Source of the DNA: Clostridia bacterium
GTDB lineage: Bacteria; Bacillota; Clostridia; CAKSNL01; HGM11501
Reading direction: 5' to 3'
Assembly: GCA_045545475.1 (NCBI GenBank)
Contig: JAZQAZ010000010.1
Coordinates: 64,001-128,000 of the forward strand
Length of the DNA stretch: 64,000 nt
Shown here: in pieces, positions 21,335 to 32,269 of the stretch
Layout: each line of letters begins with the position of its first letter
Numbering within the stretch: position 1 is the first letter of the stretch
The notes under the pieces: model-generated
The model's input: only the letters and a program-made list of their open reading frames with translations
Databases searched by the model: none
What the model was told of the DNA's origin: nothing
Position numbers and translations under genes: made by a program

Positions 21335-22789
21335 ATGTCTCAGTTCTGGAAAGATAATAATAATTACACCATGCTTTGCGACTTTTACGAGCTTACGATG
21401 GCAAACGGATATTTTGAAAGCGGAATGAAGGATCAGGTCGCTTATTTTGATATGTTTTACAGAACAATCCCGGATAAGGGCGGCTATGCTCTTATGATGG
21501 GAACTGAACAGCTCGTGGAATATATCGAAAAACTCAAGTTTGACGAGGATGATATAAGCTATTTAAGAGGAAAGAAAATCTTTTCCGAAGAATTCCTTTC
21601 CTACCTTGCCAATATGAATTTTTCCTGTGATGTCTGGGCAATGGAAGAGGGAACGCCCATTTTCCCGGGAGAACCAATCGTAATAGTAAGGGGGCCTGCA
21701 ATCCAGGCACAGTTTGTTGAAACAATGATTCTTCTTACTGTAAATCATCAGTCGTTAATCGGTACAAAAGCAAACAGAATTGTAAGAGCGGCACAGGGAA
21801 GAGCCGTTATGGAATTCGGATCACGCCGTGCTCACGGCTATCACAGTGCGATTTACGGAGCAAGAAGTGCTTATATCGCTGGTTGTACAGGAACTGCCTG
21901 TACCATGACGGATAAGCTTTTCGGGATTCCGGCTCTCGGAACAATGGCTCATAGCTGGATTCAGATGTTTGATTCTGAATACGAGGCATTTAAGGCATAT
22001 GCCGAGTGTTATCCCGCCGACTGTACACTTTTAATTGATACATACAATGTATTAAAGTCCGGTTTGGTTAATGCAATAAAGGTTTTTGACGAGGTAATAA
22101 AACCCAGAGGTTTTCGTCCTAAGGGTGTAAGAATCGACAGCGGTGACGTAACATATCTTTCAAAGAAAATCAGAAAAGCTTTGGATGATGCAGGATACCC
22201 CGACTGTAAAATTGTTGTGTCAAACTCTCTTGACGAATATATAATCCGTGATACCATAATGCAAGGTGCATGCATAGATTCTTTCGGTGTCGGCGAACGT
22301 CTAATTACAGCAAGCTCCGCTCCTGTTTTCGGAGGGGTTTATAAGCTTGTGGCTGTAGAGAAAAACGGGGAGATAATACCTAAAATAAAAATCAGTGAAA
22401 ACAGTGCCAAAATTACAACTCCGGGATTTAAACAGGTATACAGACTTTACAACAACGAAACCGGCAAAGCAATTGCTGACGTTGTAACATTGCACGACGA
22501 AGAAATAAATGACAAGGAGCCTTATACACTTTTTGATCCCATTGAAACATGGAAGAAGAAAGTGGTAACCGATTTTACCGCCAGAAAGCTCCTTATGCCT
22601 GTTTTCAAAGAGGGCAGATGTGTCTATAAAACAAAACCTATTGCCGAAATCAGAAAATATTGTGCAGAGCAGGTTGATGCATTGTGGGAAGAAGTTTTGA
22701 GATTTGAGAATCCTCACAGATATTATGTCGATCTTTCAGATAAACTTTGGAAGATGAAGCAGTCAATGCTTGAACAGTACTCTAAGTGA
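21335..22789 (+). CDS. pncB: Nicotinate phosphoribosyltransferase
   Basis: DFYELTM, EFGSRRAH, GTMAHS, RIDSGD, GGVYKL. Confidence 0.95.
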   Translation: MSQFWKDNNNYTMLCDFYELTMANGYFESGMKDQVAYFDMFYRTIPDKGGYALMMGTEQLVEYIEKLKFDEDDISYLRGKKIFSEEFLSYLANMNFSCDVWAMEEGTPIFPGEPIVIVRGPAIQAQFVETMILLTVNHQSLIGTKANRIVRAAQGRAVMEFGSRRAHGYHSAIYGARSAYIAGCTGTACTMTDKLFGIPALGTMAHSWIQMFDSEYEAFKAYAECYPADCTLLIDTYNVLKSGLVNAIKVFDEVIKPRGFRPKGVRIDSGDVTYLSKKIRKALDDAGYPDCKIVVSNSLDEYIIRDTIMQGACIDSFGVGERLITASSAPVFGGVYKLVAVEKNGEIIPKIKISENSAKITTPGFKQVYRLYNNETGKAIADVVTLHDEEINDKEPYTLFDPIETWKKKVVTDFTARKLLMPVFKEGRCVYKTKPIAEIRKYCAEQVDALWEEVLRFENPHRYYVDLSDKLWKMKQSMLEQYSK

Positions 22790-22793
22790 CATT

Positions 22794-22822
22794 AAAGGAC
22801 AAACTTTTGTTTGTCCTTTTGT
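22794..22822 (+). terminator. Intrinsic terminator after pncB
   Basis: AAAGGACAAAC-TTTT-GTTTGTCCTTTT. Confidence 0.75.
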
Positions 22823-22933
22823 GCTTTTGTTAATAGTAAAATGCATTTACTATTTTTTACATATTATTTACAAATTGATTATTACTGATATATAATTTTA
22901 TGATATAATAATTTATAAGCAGAATAAGGAGGA

Positions 22934-24790
22934 ATGTATATGGCAGAAAAAGAACCGCTTACCCTTAAAAAAAGGATGAAAAAGAAAAAGCTGATACTCA
23001 TAATAGTTATTGCTGCAATATTGGTTATTGCCGGAATAGTCACGGCAGCTTTGGTTATGAGCAACGATACTGCGGAAGAAAAAGAAACAGTTATTATGAC
23101 ATCAAAGCCGTTTATAAGTACGATAGAACTTACTGTTTCTGGTTCGGGAACGGTGGAGCCGATGGACAGATATGAAATAGTATCGCTTGTCAGCGGAGAT
23201 ATTATATCTTCTCCTTTTGAAGAAGGTGATCTTGTGGACGAGGATGATATAGTTTACGTCATTGACCATGAGACACAGGACAAGAATATTGAAAGTGCAA
23301 AAAATTCTCTGACAAAGTCTAAAATCAGGAATAAAATATATCTTGATGAAGAGGAGTTTAATAAAACTCTTGCAAAATATACTGTCAGAGCTGAGGAAGA
23401 CGGAATTATAAGTGACTTTTCTCTTGAAGTTGACGATAAGGTTACCGCAAACGGAAAGCTTGGTACAATACAGAATTTCGATGAGATAATAGCAACTGTT
23501 CCTTTTAATGCGGCACAGTTTGAGAAAATTGCTGAGGGCGACAGAGCCACGGTTTATCTTTATCCATCGATGTATACTGCCGAGGGAACCGTTACATATA
23601 AAAGTTATAAGACAACCGGAAGTATAGGCGGAGCTGTTGTCTATGATGTAGAAATTACATTTGACGGAAGCAACCTTACGCTTACTGATACAGGAGCCAG
23701 TGCAACAGTGCATACAGCATTAGGCGATGTGGACGCTCCTGCATCGGGAACACTCGGATATGATGAACCTGTAAACATCTTTGCTGAAGTGACAGGGGAT
23801 GTTTTGTCTGTACCGGACAATATAAAAAATGGTGCAAAGGTTAAAAAAGGAGATATTCTTTTTGTAATTGATTCCGAGGATTTTCTTGAAGAGAAAACTT
23901 TGATAGAATTTGAATATCATGATCTGGAGCTTAGTTTGGAAAGTGCACAGGACAGACTTGATGACTATGAGATAAAAGCACCCATAAGCGGTACTGTAAT
24001 AACCAAAAATGCAAAAAAAGGTGATACAGTATCAGCCGGAAACAATACTTCTGCATTAATGGTTATTGCAGACATGTCGGCAATGAAATTTATATTCCAG
24101 GCTGATGAAACAGACATTGAAAAAATAAAGGTAGGACTGGTTGTTAAAGTTACTGCAGAAGCGGTAACGAACAAAGTTTTCAGCGGTGTTGTTGAGTCCG
24201 TGGCTACTGAAGGCGTTTCTGCCAACGGCGTATCCTACTATGATGTTGAGGTAGTTGTTTCCGATTACGGACAAAATGACGAGTCTGGAATGCTTCGTTC
24301 AGGAATGAATGTTTCTGCTGAAATTGTTTATGAAAAAACTGAAAATGCCATGTGTTTACCGGTGTCTGCGGTTACATCGATGGGCGGCGAATCCTATGTA
24401 TTTGTAAAGAATGCAAAAGCTGTAAACGCTGAAGATTCGGGTGAAGAAACTGACGAAACAGAAAACGGTGGTATGGCTGAATCCGGTAAAATGGGATTTG
24501 GAAGCGGCGACAAAAACAATTTCATTAAAGAGCGTATCGACGAGATGACTCCGGAAGGATTTACAGCCGTAAAAGTAGTAACAGGTGTTACCAATGGCCT
24601 GACAATAGAAATTATTTCCGGAATTGACCAAAGTGCCGAAGTATATCTTGCGGAAAACGATAATGTGCAGTCACCTATAACATTCGGTGGTCCTATGGGA
24701 TTCACAGGCGGCATGGGCGGTGGCATGTACGGCGGTGGCATGTACGGCGGTGGAATGTATGGCGGCGGCATGGGCGGTTCAAGAAGATAA
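22934..24790 (+). CDS. Efflux membrane-fusion/adaptor protein (HlyD/MacA-like)
   Basis: N-terminal TM, barrel-sandwich repeats (IKAPISGTV), LRSGM; GGM(Y)-repeat tail. Confidence 0.85.
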   Translation: MYMAEKEPLTLKKRMKKKKLILIIVIAAILVIAGIVTAALVMSNDTAEEKETVIMTSKPFISTIELTVSGSGTVEPMDRYEIVSLVSGDIISSPFEEGDLVDEDDIVYVIDHETQDKNIESAKNSLTKSKIRNKIYLDEEEFNKTLAKYTVRAEEDGIISDFSLEVDDKVTANGKLGTIQNFDEIIATVPFNAAQFEKIAEGDRATVYLYPSMYTAEGTVTYKSYKTTGSIGGAVVYDVEITFDGSNLTLTDTGASATVHTALGDVDAPASGTLGYDEPVNIFAEVTGDVLSVPDNIKNGAKVKKGDILFVIDSEDFLEEKTLIEFEYHDLELSLESAQDRLDDYEIKAPISGTVITKNAKKGDTVSAGNNTSALMVIADMSAMKFIFQADETDIEKIKVGLVVKVTAEAVTNKVFSGVVESVATEGVSANGVSYYDVEVVVSDYGQNDESGMLRSGMNVSAEIVYEKTENAMCLPVSAVTSMGGESYVFVKNAKAVNAEDSGEETDETENGGMAESGKMGFGSGDKNNFIKERIDEMTPEGFTAVKVVTGVTNGLTIEIISGIDQSAEVYLAENDNVQSPITFGGPMGFTGGMGGGMYGGGMYGGGMYGGGMGGSRR

Positions 24791-24802
24791 TGAGGTATCC
24801 TT

Positions 24803-25498
24803 ATGATATTAATAAAGGACTTATATAAAATTTATCAGATGGGTGATTCTGAGGTAAGGGCACTTGATGGCATAAATTTGCATATTGCTCCAAAGGAATT
24901 TGTGGCAATAATAGGCCCCTCCGGAAGCGGAAAATCCACACTTATGAATATGATAGGGTGCCTTGACGTTCCCACGAGCGGAGAATATTTTTTGAACGGC
25001 AACGATGTAAGTAACTTAAGTGATGATGAACAGGCTTTTATAAGAAACAGACAAATTGGGTTTATATTTCAGCAATACAATCTGCTTCCTAAACTTACAG
25101 CATGGGAAAATGTAGAACTACCTCTTATATACAGAGGCATTAACGGAAGCGAAAGAAAAAAAATGGTTATGGAGGCTCTTGAAAGAGTGGGGATGGAAGG
25201 ACGTGCTGACCATTTACCGAAAGAACTTTCGGGAGGGCAGCAACAGCGTGTATCCATTGCACGTGCTCTTGCCGGAAAACCTCCGGTAATTCTTGCGGAC
25301 GAACCCACAGGAGCACTTGATTCGAAAACGGGAGCAGAGCTTATGGAAATGCTTAAAGAGCTGCACAGTGAAGGGAACACTATAGTCCTCATAACACACG
25401 ATTCTGATGTTGCGAGACAGGCAAAAAGAATAGTGAGGATTCAGGATGGCAAAATTACAAGGGATTCTGCTTCCGACAGCGAGGTGGTGTGCGAATGA
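24803..25498 (+). CDS. ABC transporter ATP-binding protein (MacB/LolD-like)
   Basis: [26 protein letters not shown]. Confidence 0.93.
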   Translation: MILIKDLYKIYQMGDSEVRALDGINLHIAPKEFVAIIGPSGSGKSTLMNMIGCLDVPTSGEYFLNGNDVSNLSDDEQAFIRNRQIGFIFQQYNLLPKLTAWENVELPLIYRGINGSERKKMVMEALERVGMEGRADHLPKELSGGQQQRVSIARALAGKPPVILADEPTGALDSKTGAELMEMLKELHSEGNTIVLITHDSDVARQAKRIVRIQDGKITRDSASDSEVVCE

Positions 25499-26679
25499 GA
25501 CTTTTCGGTTCATCACTTAAAATGGCGTGGGAGAGTATTATCGCCAATAAAATGCGAAGCTTTTTAACCATGCTTGGAATTATAATCGGGGTTGGTGCTG
25601 TTATTATTCTTGTAAGCCTTGTGGAAGGTGTATCTTCTGAGGTTGAAGACAGCTTCAGCGAAATGGGAACAACCAGTGTTATGGTTATGGCAAGGCAGAA
25701 TTTTGCCACACGAAGCTTTGATTATGACGATGTTGAAGATATGGTGTGGGAAAACGCCCAATACATCAACGGCTTTGTGCCATCTGCTTCAACGGCAGCC
25801 ACTTTGCGTAAGGGCGGAAATAACGGCATGACAACAGTTAACTGTGTAAACAGCTATTACTGGACTATGAATAACTTGGATACACAGCTTGGAAGAAAAA
25901 TAAGTGATATTGACTTGTCTAACGATTCTGCGGTTATTGTAATCGGAGAATGGAATGCCATTCAGTATTTCGGCTCTGTCAAAGAAGCGGTAGGGAATGA
26001 AATAAAGGTAAACGGACTGCCCTTCACGGTTGTCGGAGTTTTAGAGAGACAAACAGATGATGTGGTGCAATATGGTGCTGATGACTGTGCCTATATTCCT
26101 TATACAACCGCTGTTAAGAAGCTTAATGTAGGAGCACTTTCCGGTTTTACCTTAGATGCGGCTTCAACAGAGGATGTTGACAGAGTTGTGACAATTGCAA
26201 AAAACTTTATGTATGATATATATAAAGATACCGACAGGTATTCAGTTAACAACATGCAGACAATAATTGATACTCTTGATGAAATGATGGGTATGATGTC
26301 AGGAGTGCTTGGCGGAATAGCAGCGATTTCCCTTTTGGTTGCAGGTATCGGAATTATGAATATAATGCTTGTATCCGTTACTGAAAGAACCAGGGAGATT
26401 GGTATAAGAAAATCAATCGGAGCAAAAAGAAGCAGCATTTTGCTCCAGTTTGTGGTAGAGGCAACAGCGTTAAGCTTTTGCGGCGGTGTTATCGGAGTGG
26501 TATTCGGAATAGTTGTGGCTGTTATAGTCGGAAATATCATAGGCATTACGGCAAAGCCTACACCGGCAATTATTTTATTGGCATTGCTGTTCTCCTGTGC
26601 TGTTGGTCTTTTCTTCGGATTCAATCCGGCAAGAAAAGCATCAAAGCTTAATCCGATAGACGCACTGCGTTCAGAATAA
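25495..26679 (+). CDS. ABC transporter permease (MacB/FtsX-like)
   Basis: RSFLTMLGIIIG, GIMNIMLVSVTERTREIGIRK, PIDALR. Confidence 0.93.
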   Translation: MRLFGSSLKMAWESIIANKMRSFLTMLGIIIGVGAVIILVSLVEGVSSEVEDSFSEMGTTSVMVMARQNFATRSFDYDDVEDMVWENAQYINGFVPSASTAATLRKGGNNGMTTVNCVNSYYWTMNNLDTQLGRKISDIDLSNDSAVIVIGEWNAIQYFGSVKEAVGNEIKVNGLPFTVVGVLERQTDDVVQYGADDCAYIPYTTAVKKLNVGALSGFTLDAASTEDVDRVVTIAKNFMYDIYKDTDRYSVNNMQTIIDTLDEMMGMMSGVLGGIAAISLLVAGIGIMNIMLVSVTERTREIGIRKSIGAKRSSILLQFVVEATALSFCGGVIGVVFGIVVAVIVGNIIGITAKPTPAIILLALLFSCAVGLFFGFNPARKASKLNPIDALRSE

Positions 26680-26693
26680 TTCAATGGAAAGGA

Positions 26694-29423
26694 ATGACTG
26701 AGATGATAAAAAGAATATTATGTATATCGCTTTGCTTTGTTTTTCTTTTGCCTATTGCTACAGAAGCTGAGTTTTATGACGTTGAAAGCGATAGCGTATA
26801 TGCCGAGGCAATTGAGCGTCTCTCGGAAGCAGGGATTTTATCAGGATATGGAGATGGGAGCTTCGGAAGCAAGGATCCTTTGACAAGGGCACAATTTGCA
26901 AAAATTGTTGTTACAATGTCCGGAAATGAGGATGCGGCAAAGTCTAAAAATACCGAAGCCTTTACTGATGTGGATAAGAATCATTGGGCAATAGGGTATA
27001 TAAACGAGGCTGCTAATCTCGGACTTATAACAGGTTATCCCGACGGAAGCTTCGGGGCAGATGAAAAAATTACCTATGCTCAGGCTATTACTGTGGTAAT
27101 AAGAATGCTTGGGTATACTGAGGAAGAAGTAGGAAAAAACTGGCCGACAGATTATATAAATAAAGCCTCAGAGCTTGGACTTACGGATAAGCTTACCTTC
27201 GGGAGAAATGAGTTTATTACCCGTGAAGTGGCTGCATATATTATATATAATTCCCTTTCTGCAAAGGAAGGAACGGGAAACAAAGTTTCGAAGCTTACCA
27301 AGTTTGAAGACGTAATTGTCTACGGCGTAAATTCCGTAAATTCCGGTATAGCAGAGGACGAAGTTGCAACCAGCGGAGGAACTTTTAAGAAGGGAACTGC
27401 ATACAAAGACGAATATCTTGGGAAGAAAGTTACATTAAGGGTAAATTCGGACAACGAAATTGTAATGGTAATTCCGGAAAAGCAGGAAGCAAAGGTTTAT
27501 ACCGTGATTGCAGGATACCCCGATGAAATAGAAACCATTGAAAACGGAAGTGTAAAGATTGATTCCGGAAGCAATGTGTATTACAAAGGGGCGAAAGTTT
27601 CATATGCCTCCGTTAACTCCTCTCTTGCGGCGGGAAGCAAGGTTTATATTTACGGTGACTATATCTACATTGACAGCAGCGAAAAGAGCGATAAGGAAAA
27701 AGAAGATGTAGACTACAGTGCACTGCAGGATTCTTTCGGAGAGGTAATAACCAAGGTTGAAGATGTAATTATTTACGGTGTAAATTCCATAAATTCCGGA
27801 ATAGCGGAGGATGAAGTTGTAACAAGTGGAGGAACTTTCAAAAAGGGAACTGCATATAAAGACGAATATCTCGGAAAGAAAGTTACATTAAGGGTAAATT
27901 CGGATAAAGAAATAGTTTTTGTAACACCTTCCAAAACCGAAAGTACGGCTTATACTCTTATTTCTGCATCAAATGATAAAATCGAAACAAAGGAAAAAGG
28001 CTTTTCTGAAATAGACGGAAATATTACGGCTTATTACAAGGGAGTAAAGTCAACGTACGAGGCACTCTACACATCTTTTACCCAGGGCAGCAAAATTTAT
28101 ATTTATGACGATTATATTTATGTAGAAGAAAACAAGCTTAAAGGTCCTTACACCGTGACTAGGGATTACAGTCAGGTGTCGGAATTTTTCGGAAATGTTG
28201 AAAATGCCACCGTTACGGTTGACGGAGAAGCAGCAAAGCTTTCTGATATAAAGCGTTATGATGTGGTTTACTACAATGATGTAACTGAAAGACTCTATGT
28301 ATATACTGATCGTGTTACAGGAATTTATGAAAAGGCTATTCCGGCAAAGGAAAATATTACAGGATTGGTGCTTTCCGGCACAACATATTCTTCCATAAGC
28401 GTGGACGCTAAAAAGAAGCTTGACGATACAGAAGGTTCGTTTAAGATAAATGATAGAATAACCCTTCTTTTTGGCCGTGACGGCTCTGTAGTTGATGTTG
28501 TTGACATTGACGGAAGAACATTAAGCGACATGGGAATTCTGCTTAAAGCATATTCTGCAATATCAGCAGAAGAAGATACAAAGGGCAAGAAAGAGTTTTT
28601 TGCAGATATTATGCTGGCAACAGGAACAAGCGTGACATACAAGACGGACATAGAGTATACAGATAAAGATTATAAACAATATACAGGAAAGTTTGTTTAT
28701 ATTAAAAATCTCAATAACGGAACCGTTAAAATAGAACTTGCGGCGGAAAATAAACTTACAGGTACCTTTGATAAGAGCGTTCCTTCCTATGCGGGACACA
28801 GTTTCCAGCAAAATTATTCAATCCTTGAATTGGTGTATTCGGAAAAGTATGATGAAGCCATAGTAAGAAAAGTTAATCTGAGAGATATCTCCGTATCAGA
28901 TCTAGATGCAAAGGAAATAATTCACGTTGAATATGCCAACGATATGGAAGATATAGCTGTTATTTATGTGAATAACGTAACTTATGACGGCTATACTTTC
29001 GGAGTGCTTAATAAGGCTTTGCGTGATGAAGAGTCAAATTATAACTATGAGCTTAAGTCCTTCTCGGGGGTTACCAATTATTCGGGAACTGCAGGTTGGT
29101 CATTTGTAAAAGGTGAAGCAGTAATGGTATTGCTAAAAGACGGAAAAATAAAGGAAATTTATGAACTTCCGGAAATTGCTTCGGTTGCAAAAATTGATAG
29201 TTTTACAGATACTAAAATAAAAGTTAACGGAAAAGTTTATGCAATGGATGAAGATGTTTCCGTAGTGTATAAAAGTATCGGAGATTCTGACTGGAACATG
29301 ACGATGCTTGAAGATCTTTCGGATAATCTGGAATCGGGGACATGGAAGGCAAATGTAATAAATGTCTATGCGGATAGGGTTACTAACGGAAAGGTAAGAG
29401 TAATCAGAGTTACCTTGAAATGA
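26694..29423 (+). CDS. S-layer homology domain protein with an internal duplicated domain
   Basis: Signal peptide, SLH repeats (GYGDGSF..LTRAQ; GYPDGSF..ITYAQ), duplicated ~125-aa unit. Confidence 0.85.
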   Translation: MTEMIKRILCISLCFVFLLPIATEAEFYDVESDSVYAEAIERLSEAGILSGYGDGSFGSKDPLTRAQFAKIVVTMSGNEDAAKSKNTEAFTDVDKNHWAIGYINEAANLGLITGYPDGSFGADEKITYAQAITVVIRMLGYTEEEVGKNWPTDYINKASELGLTDKLTFGRNEFITREVAAYIIYNSLSAKEGTGNKVSKLTKFEDVIVYGVNSVNSGIAEDEVATSGGTFKKGTAYKDEYLGKKVTLRVNSDNEIVMVIPEKQEAKVYTVIAGYPDEIETIENGSVKIDSGSNVYYKGAKVSYASVNSSLAAGSKVYIYGDYIYIDSSEKSDKEKEDVDYSALQDSFGEVITKVEDVIIYGVNSINSGIAEDEVVTSGGTFKKGTAYKDEYLGKKVTLRVNSDKEIVFVTPSKTESTAYTLISASNDKIETKEKGFSEIDGNITAYYKGVKSTYEALYTSFTQGSKIYIYDDYIYVEENKLKGPYTVTRDYSQVSEFFGNVENATVTVDGEAAKLSDIKRYDVVYYNDVTERLYVYTDRVTGIYEKAIPAKENITGLVLSGTTYSSISVDAKKKLDDTEGSFKINDRITLLFGRDGSVVDVVDIDGRTLSDMGILLKAYSAISAEEDTKGKKEFFADIMLATGTSVTYKTDIEYTDKDYKQYTGKFVYIKNLNNGTVKIELAAENKLTGTFDKSVPSYAGHSFQQNYSILELVYSEKYDEAIVRKVNLRDISVSDLDAKEIIHVEYANDMEDIAVIYVNNVTYDGYTFGVLNKALRDEESNYNYELKSFSGVTNYSGTAGWSFVKGEAVMVLLKDGKIKEIYELPEIASVAKIDSFTDTKIKVNGKVYAMDEDVSVVYKSIGDSDWNMTMLEDLSDNLESGTWKANVINVYADRVTNGKVRVIRVTLK

Positions 29424-29829
29424 TTAATAAACCGTGAGGCAGTGCCTCACGGTTTATTTTAAGGATGCGAATTATAGACTTTTCTTTTGTTTTTTCCAGC
29501 ATAGTTCTTATGCCGGAGGCTGATGCCAGAGCCTCGGATTTATCTTCTGTCTTTATGAAACTCAAAAGCTTTTCGCATTCTGTGAAAGCATCATCAATCA
29601 AAGCTCTGTCTGTTACATAGTAAAGGAGTGTGGACTTTTCCTTAAGTTCCTTTTTGAAAGTCCTTGAAATTTCACCTGCTAATATAAAGTCTTCGCTTTC
29701 TATAGCAGTTTCGATTTTATAAATTTCGGAAGAAAGATAAGAAAATGTTCCTTCAATATAAAATGTGTAAATACAAAGAAGAATGATTAAACAAAGTATA
29801 ATAATTAATGCACTTAAAAATCCTTTCAT
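29410..29829 (-). CDS. DUF4363-like protein
   Basis: N-terminal TM plus helical body; overlaps the stop of the DUF421 gene, a common pairing. Confidence 0.6.
   Translation of the reverse strand: MKGFLSALIIILCLIILLCIYTFYIEGTFSYLSSEIYKIETAIESEDFILAGEISRTFKKELKEKSTLLYYVTDRALIDDAFTECEKLLSFIKTEDKSEALASASGIRTMLEKTKEKSIIRILKINREALPHGLLIISR
29426..29460. terminator. Bidirectional terminator-like hairpin
   Basis: AATAAACCGTGAGGCA-G-TGCCTCACGGTTTATT at the convergent gene ends. Confidence 0.8.
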
Positions 29830-30500
29830 TTTAAGCCTCGCTTCTGTATGTGTAAGTCGTTTCCGGATGCTGCTGCATAAAATATTTCGGATATGCTTTT
29901 AACGCCTTGCTTCTTGAGCATGGAATAAAGCCATTTTTCATCATGGCCTAGGCCTTTTAAACTATCGATTAAAAGCTCTCCGTCTGAAATTACCGTAATC
30001 ATAAGCTTGGAATCAGGAACGCATAAATTAAGATCTTCGGGAGTCAAAGGCCGTTTGCTGGCAACAGGTATAATATTAAGAGCACCGGTGGTTTCCAAAA
30101 CTGCATATTCCACATCTCTTATGTCGGGATAACCAGCAGTTCTTAGTTCTTCGGTAAGGTCAGATATGCTGTAGCGCATTTTCTGGAGTTCTGTTTCGGA
30201 AATAATTCCGTGACTTATCAATATGCATGGCCTTCCCGTAAGGGCGTCTCGCATTTTGCGGCTTTTAAGCGATATGAAAGAAAGTATAACCTCCATGCAC
30301 ATTAAAGTGGCTATGGGGATAAGTCCGCTTAAAAGAGGCTGATTCATGTCCTGCATCGGAATTGAAGCAAGGTCAGAAATGGCGATTGATACCACAAGCT
30401 CACTGGGTTGAAGTTCTCCGACTTGCTTTTTTCCCATAAGCCTCATGGCAAAAATCATCGAAAAATAGAGTATAACAGTCCTGAAAAATAAAGTTACCAT
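29826..30500 (-). CDS. DUF421 (YetF) family protein
   Basis: RLMGKKQVGEL and AVLETTG motifs. Confidence 0.88.
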   Translation of the reverse strand: MVTLFFRTVILYFSMIFAMRLMGKKQVGELQPSELVVSIAISDLASIPMQDMNQPLLSGLIPIATLMCMEVILSFISLKSRKMRDALTGRPCILISHGIISETELQKMRYSISDLTEELRTAGYPDIRDVEYAVLETTGALNIIPVASKRPLTPEDLNLCVPDSKLMITVISDGELLIDSLKGLGHDEKWLYSMLKKQGVKSISEIFYAAASGNDLHIQKRGLK

Positions 30501-30646
30501 TTAATCACCGGATTTATTATTGGTAGATTTTTAAAAACTATTTAATTTTCAGAAAGTAAAAAATGGAAGGGGAGATTCGTTGACATTTTGACAAAATTCG
30601 TGTATAATATTACAAGAGAAAATAGCAACAATCGGTGGGAAATAAA

Positions 30647-32215
30647 ATGAAAAAACTATTTATAATGATATTGGCAATTATTTTGCTTTTAAATTCTTTT
30701 TATATCTATGCAGATAGCGAAATTACACTTTATCTCGACGGTGAAAAGATAGATTGTGATCCTGCTCCTGTAATTGTAAATAACCGCACCATGATTCCTG
30801 TGAGAGCTGTTTATGAAAAAATGGGTGCAAAGGTTTCATGGGACGATGAAACCAGAACGGTTACCGTAACGTATAAAGATATAAAAATTGAAATGAAAAT
30901 CGGCTCGGATGTGGCTACCGTAAACGGTATAGGCATGAAGCTTGATTCGCCTGCAATTATAAAAAATGACAGAACTATGATACCGTTAAGGTTCGTGGGT
31001 GAAGCCGTAGGGTCCTATGTGCTGTGGGAAGATAAGACGAGAAGCGTACATATAACATCGCCTGAGGAGGTTCCGTTGGTTATAATAGAAAATGTGGTCT
31101 TCAGAAAAAAAGCAGACCACGATTCGCTGACAATGACTTCATCTGGTAAAGCTGCTGTAAGGATAATGAAACTTAAGGAACCGGACAGGCTAGTCTTTGA
31201 TATACAAAATTCTTCTCTTGCAGTTAAAAATGCAAGTTATGAAGGCGGTGCGGTATCTGTATTACGCTACGGAGGACACGATAATTTTGTCAGGATAGTG
31301 GCAGAGAATCCGAAAACTCCAAGATACATATTTACTGACGTAAACGGTGTAACTGAACTTAAGCTTTATGGCGAAAAAGGAAATTTCGACTATCTCGGAA
31401 TGTCGGAATATCGCCTTATATTCAAAGAAGGCAGTTATATAAGCTATAAAGAAAAAAGCGGAATGAAGCTTAAGTTTACTTCCAATGAGAAGCTTATCGA
31501 TGAGGTATATAAAATTGGTGACGAGCTTATAGATACTGTGACTACCGAAAACGGAGAGATAACCGTAAGCCTGAAAAAGGCGGCAGACTTTACCATAACG
31601 GAGAACACGGTGGTTTTCTCGGTGAAAGAAGAAGTTAAAAACGAGGTAGATAATGAAACCGGAATCGTTGTTCTTGATGCAGGACATGGCGGAAAGGACC
31701 CTGGAAGCTTGGGATATGACGAAGACGGAAAGACGATTCTGGCAACAGAAAAGGACATGAACCTTACAATAACCCTTATGGTGTATGAAATGCTTATGAA
31801 TCAGGGGGTTAATGTTATCCTGACAAGAAAGGACGACACCTATATCGGATTGGTTGAAAGAGCTGAAATTGCAAACAAGCATAAAGCGGAGCTTTTTGTT
31901 TCGATTCATAATAACAGCATTCCGGATCCTGAATATAAAGGCTCCATGGTTCTTTACAGCCTTAAGAGTAAAGGCGGAAGGACATTGGCATCAAATATAC
32001 TTAAGGAAATGACAAAATCTGCAAAAACAGAAAATAAAGGATTGCGTGACGGAACAAATATGGCGGTAATAAGAAATACGGCGATGCCGGCTGTGATTGT
32101 GGAATGCGGATGCCTTACAAATGCAGAAGAACTTGAAAATCTAATGGATATAGATTTCTTATATAGTCTGGCAGAGGGAATAACAGAAGGAATACTTCTT
32201 ACTTTGGAAAGCTGA
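30647..32215 (+). CDS. N-acetylmuramoyl-L-alanine amidase with copper-amine-oxidase-like N-terminal and AMIN-like domains
   Basis: NRTMIPVR stalk domain; LDAGHGGKDPG, SIHNNS and VECG Amidase_3 motifs. Confidence 0.92.
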   Translation: MKKLFIMILAIILLLNSFYIYADSEITLYLDGEKIDCDPAPVIVNNRTMIPVRAVYEKMGAKVSWDDETRTVTVTYKDIKIEMKIGSDVATVNGIGMKLDSPAIIKNDRTMIPLRFVGEAVGSYVLWEDKTRSVHITSPEEVPLVIIENVVFRKKADHDSLTMTSSGKAAVRIMKLKEPDRLVFDIQNSSLAVKNASYEGGAVSVLRYGGHDNFVRIVAENPKTPRYIFTDVNGVTELKLYGEKGNFDYLGMSEYRLIFKEGSYISYKEKSGMKLKFTSNEKLIDEVYKIGDELIDTVTTENGEITVSLKKAADFTITENTVVFSVKEEVKNEVDNETGIVVLDAGHGGKDPGSLGYDEDGKTILATEKDMNLTITLMVYEMLMNQGVNVILTRKDDTYIGLVERAEIANKHKAELFVSIHNNSIPDPEYKGSMVLYSLKSKGGRTLASNILKEMTKSAKTENKGLRDGTNMAVIRNTAMPAVIVECGCLTNAEELENLMDIDFLYSLAEGITEGILLTLES

Positions 32216-32269
32216 TTTTTCTTGACTAATTAAATAAGAGAAGGTATAATTACTATAGAGGTGATAGAT

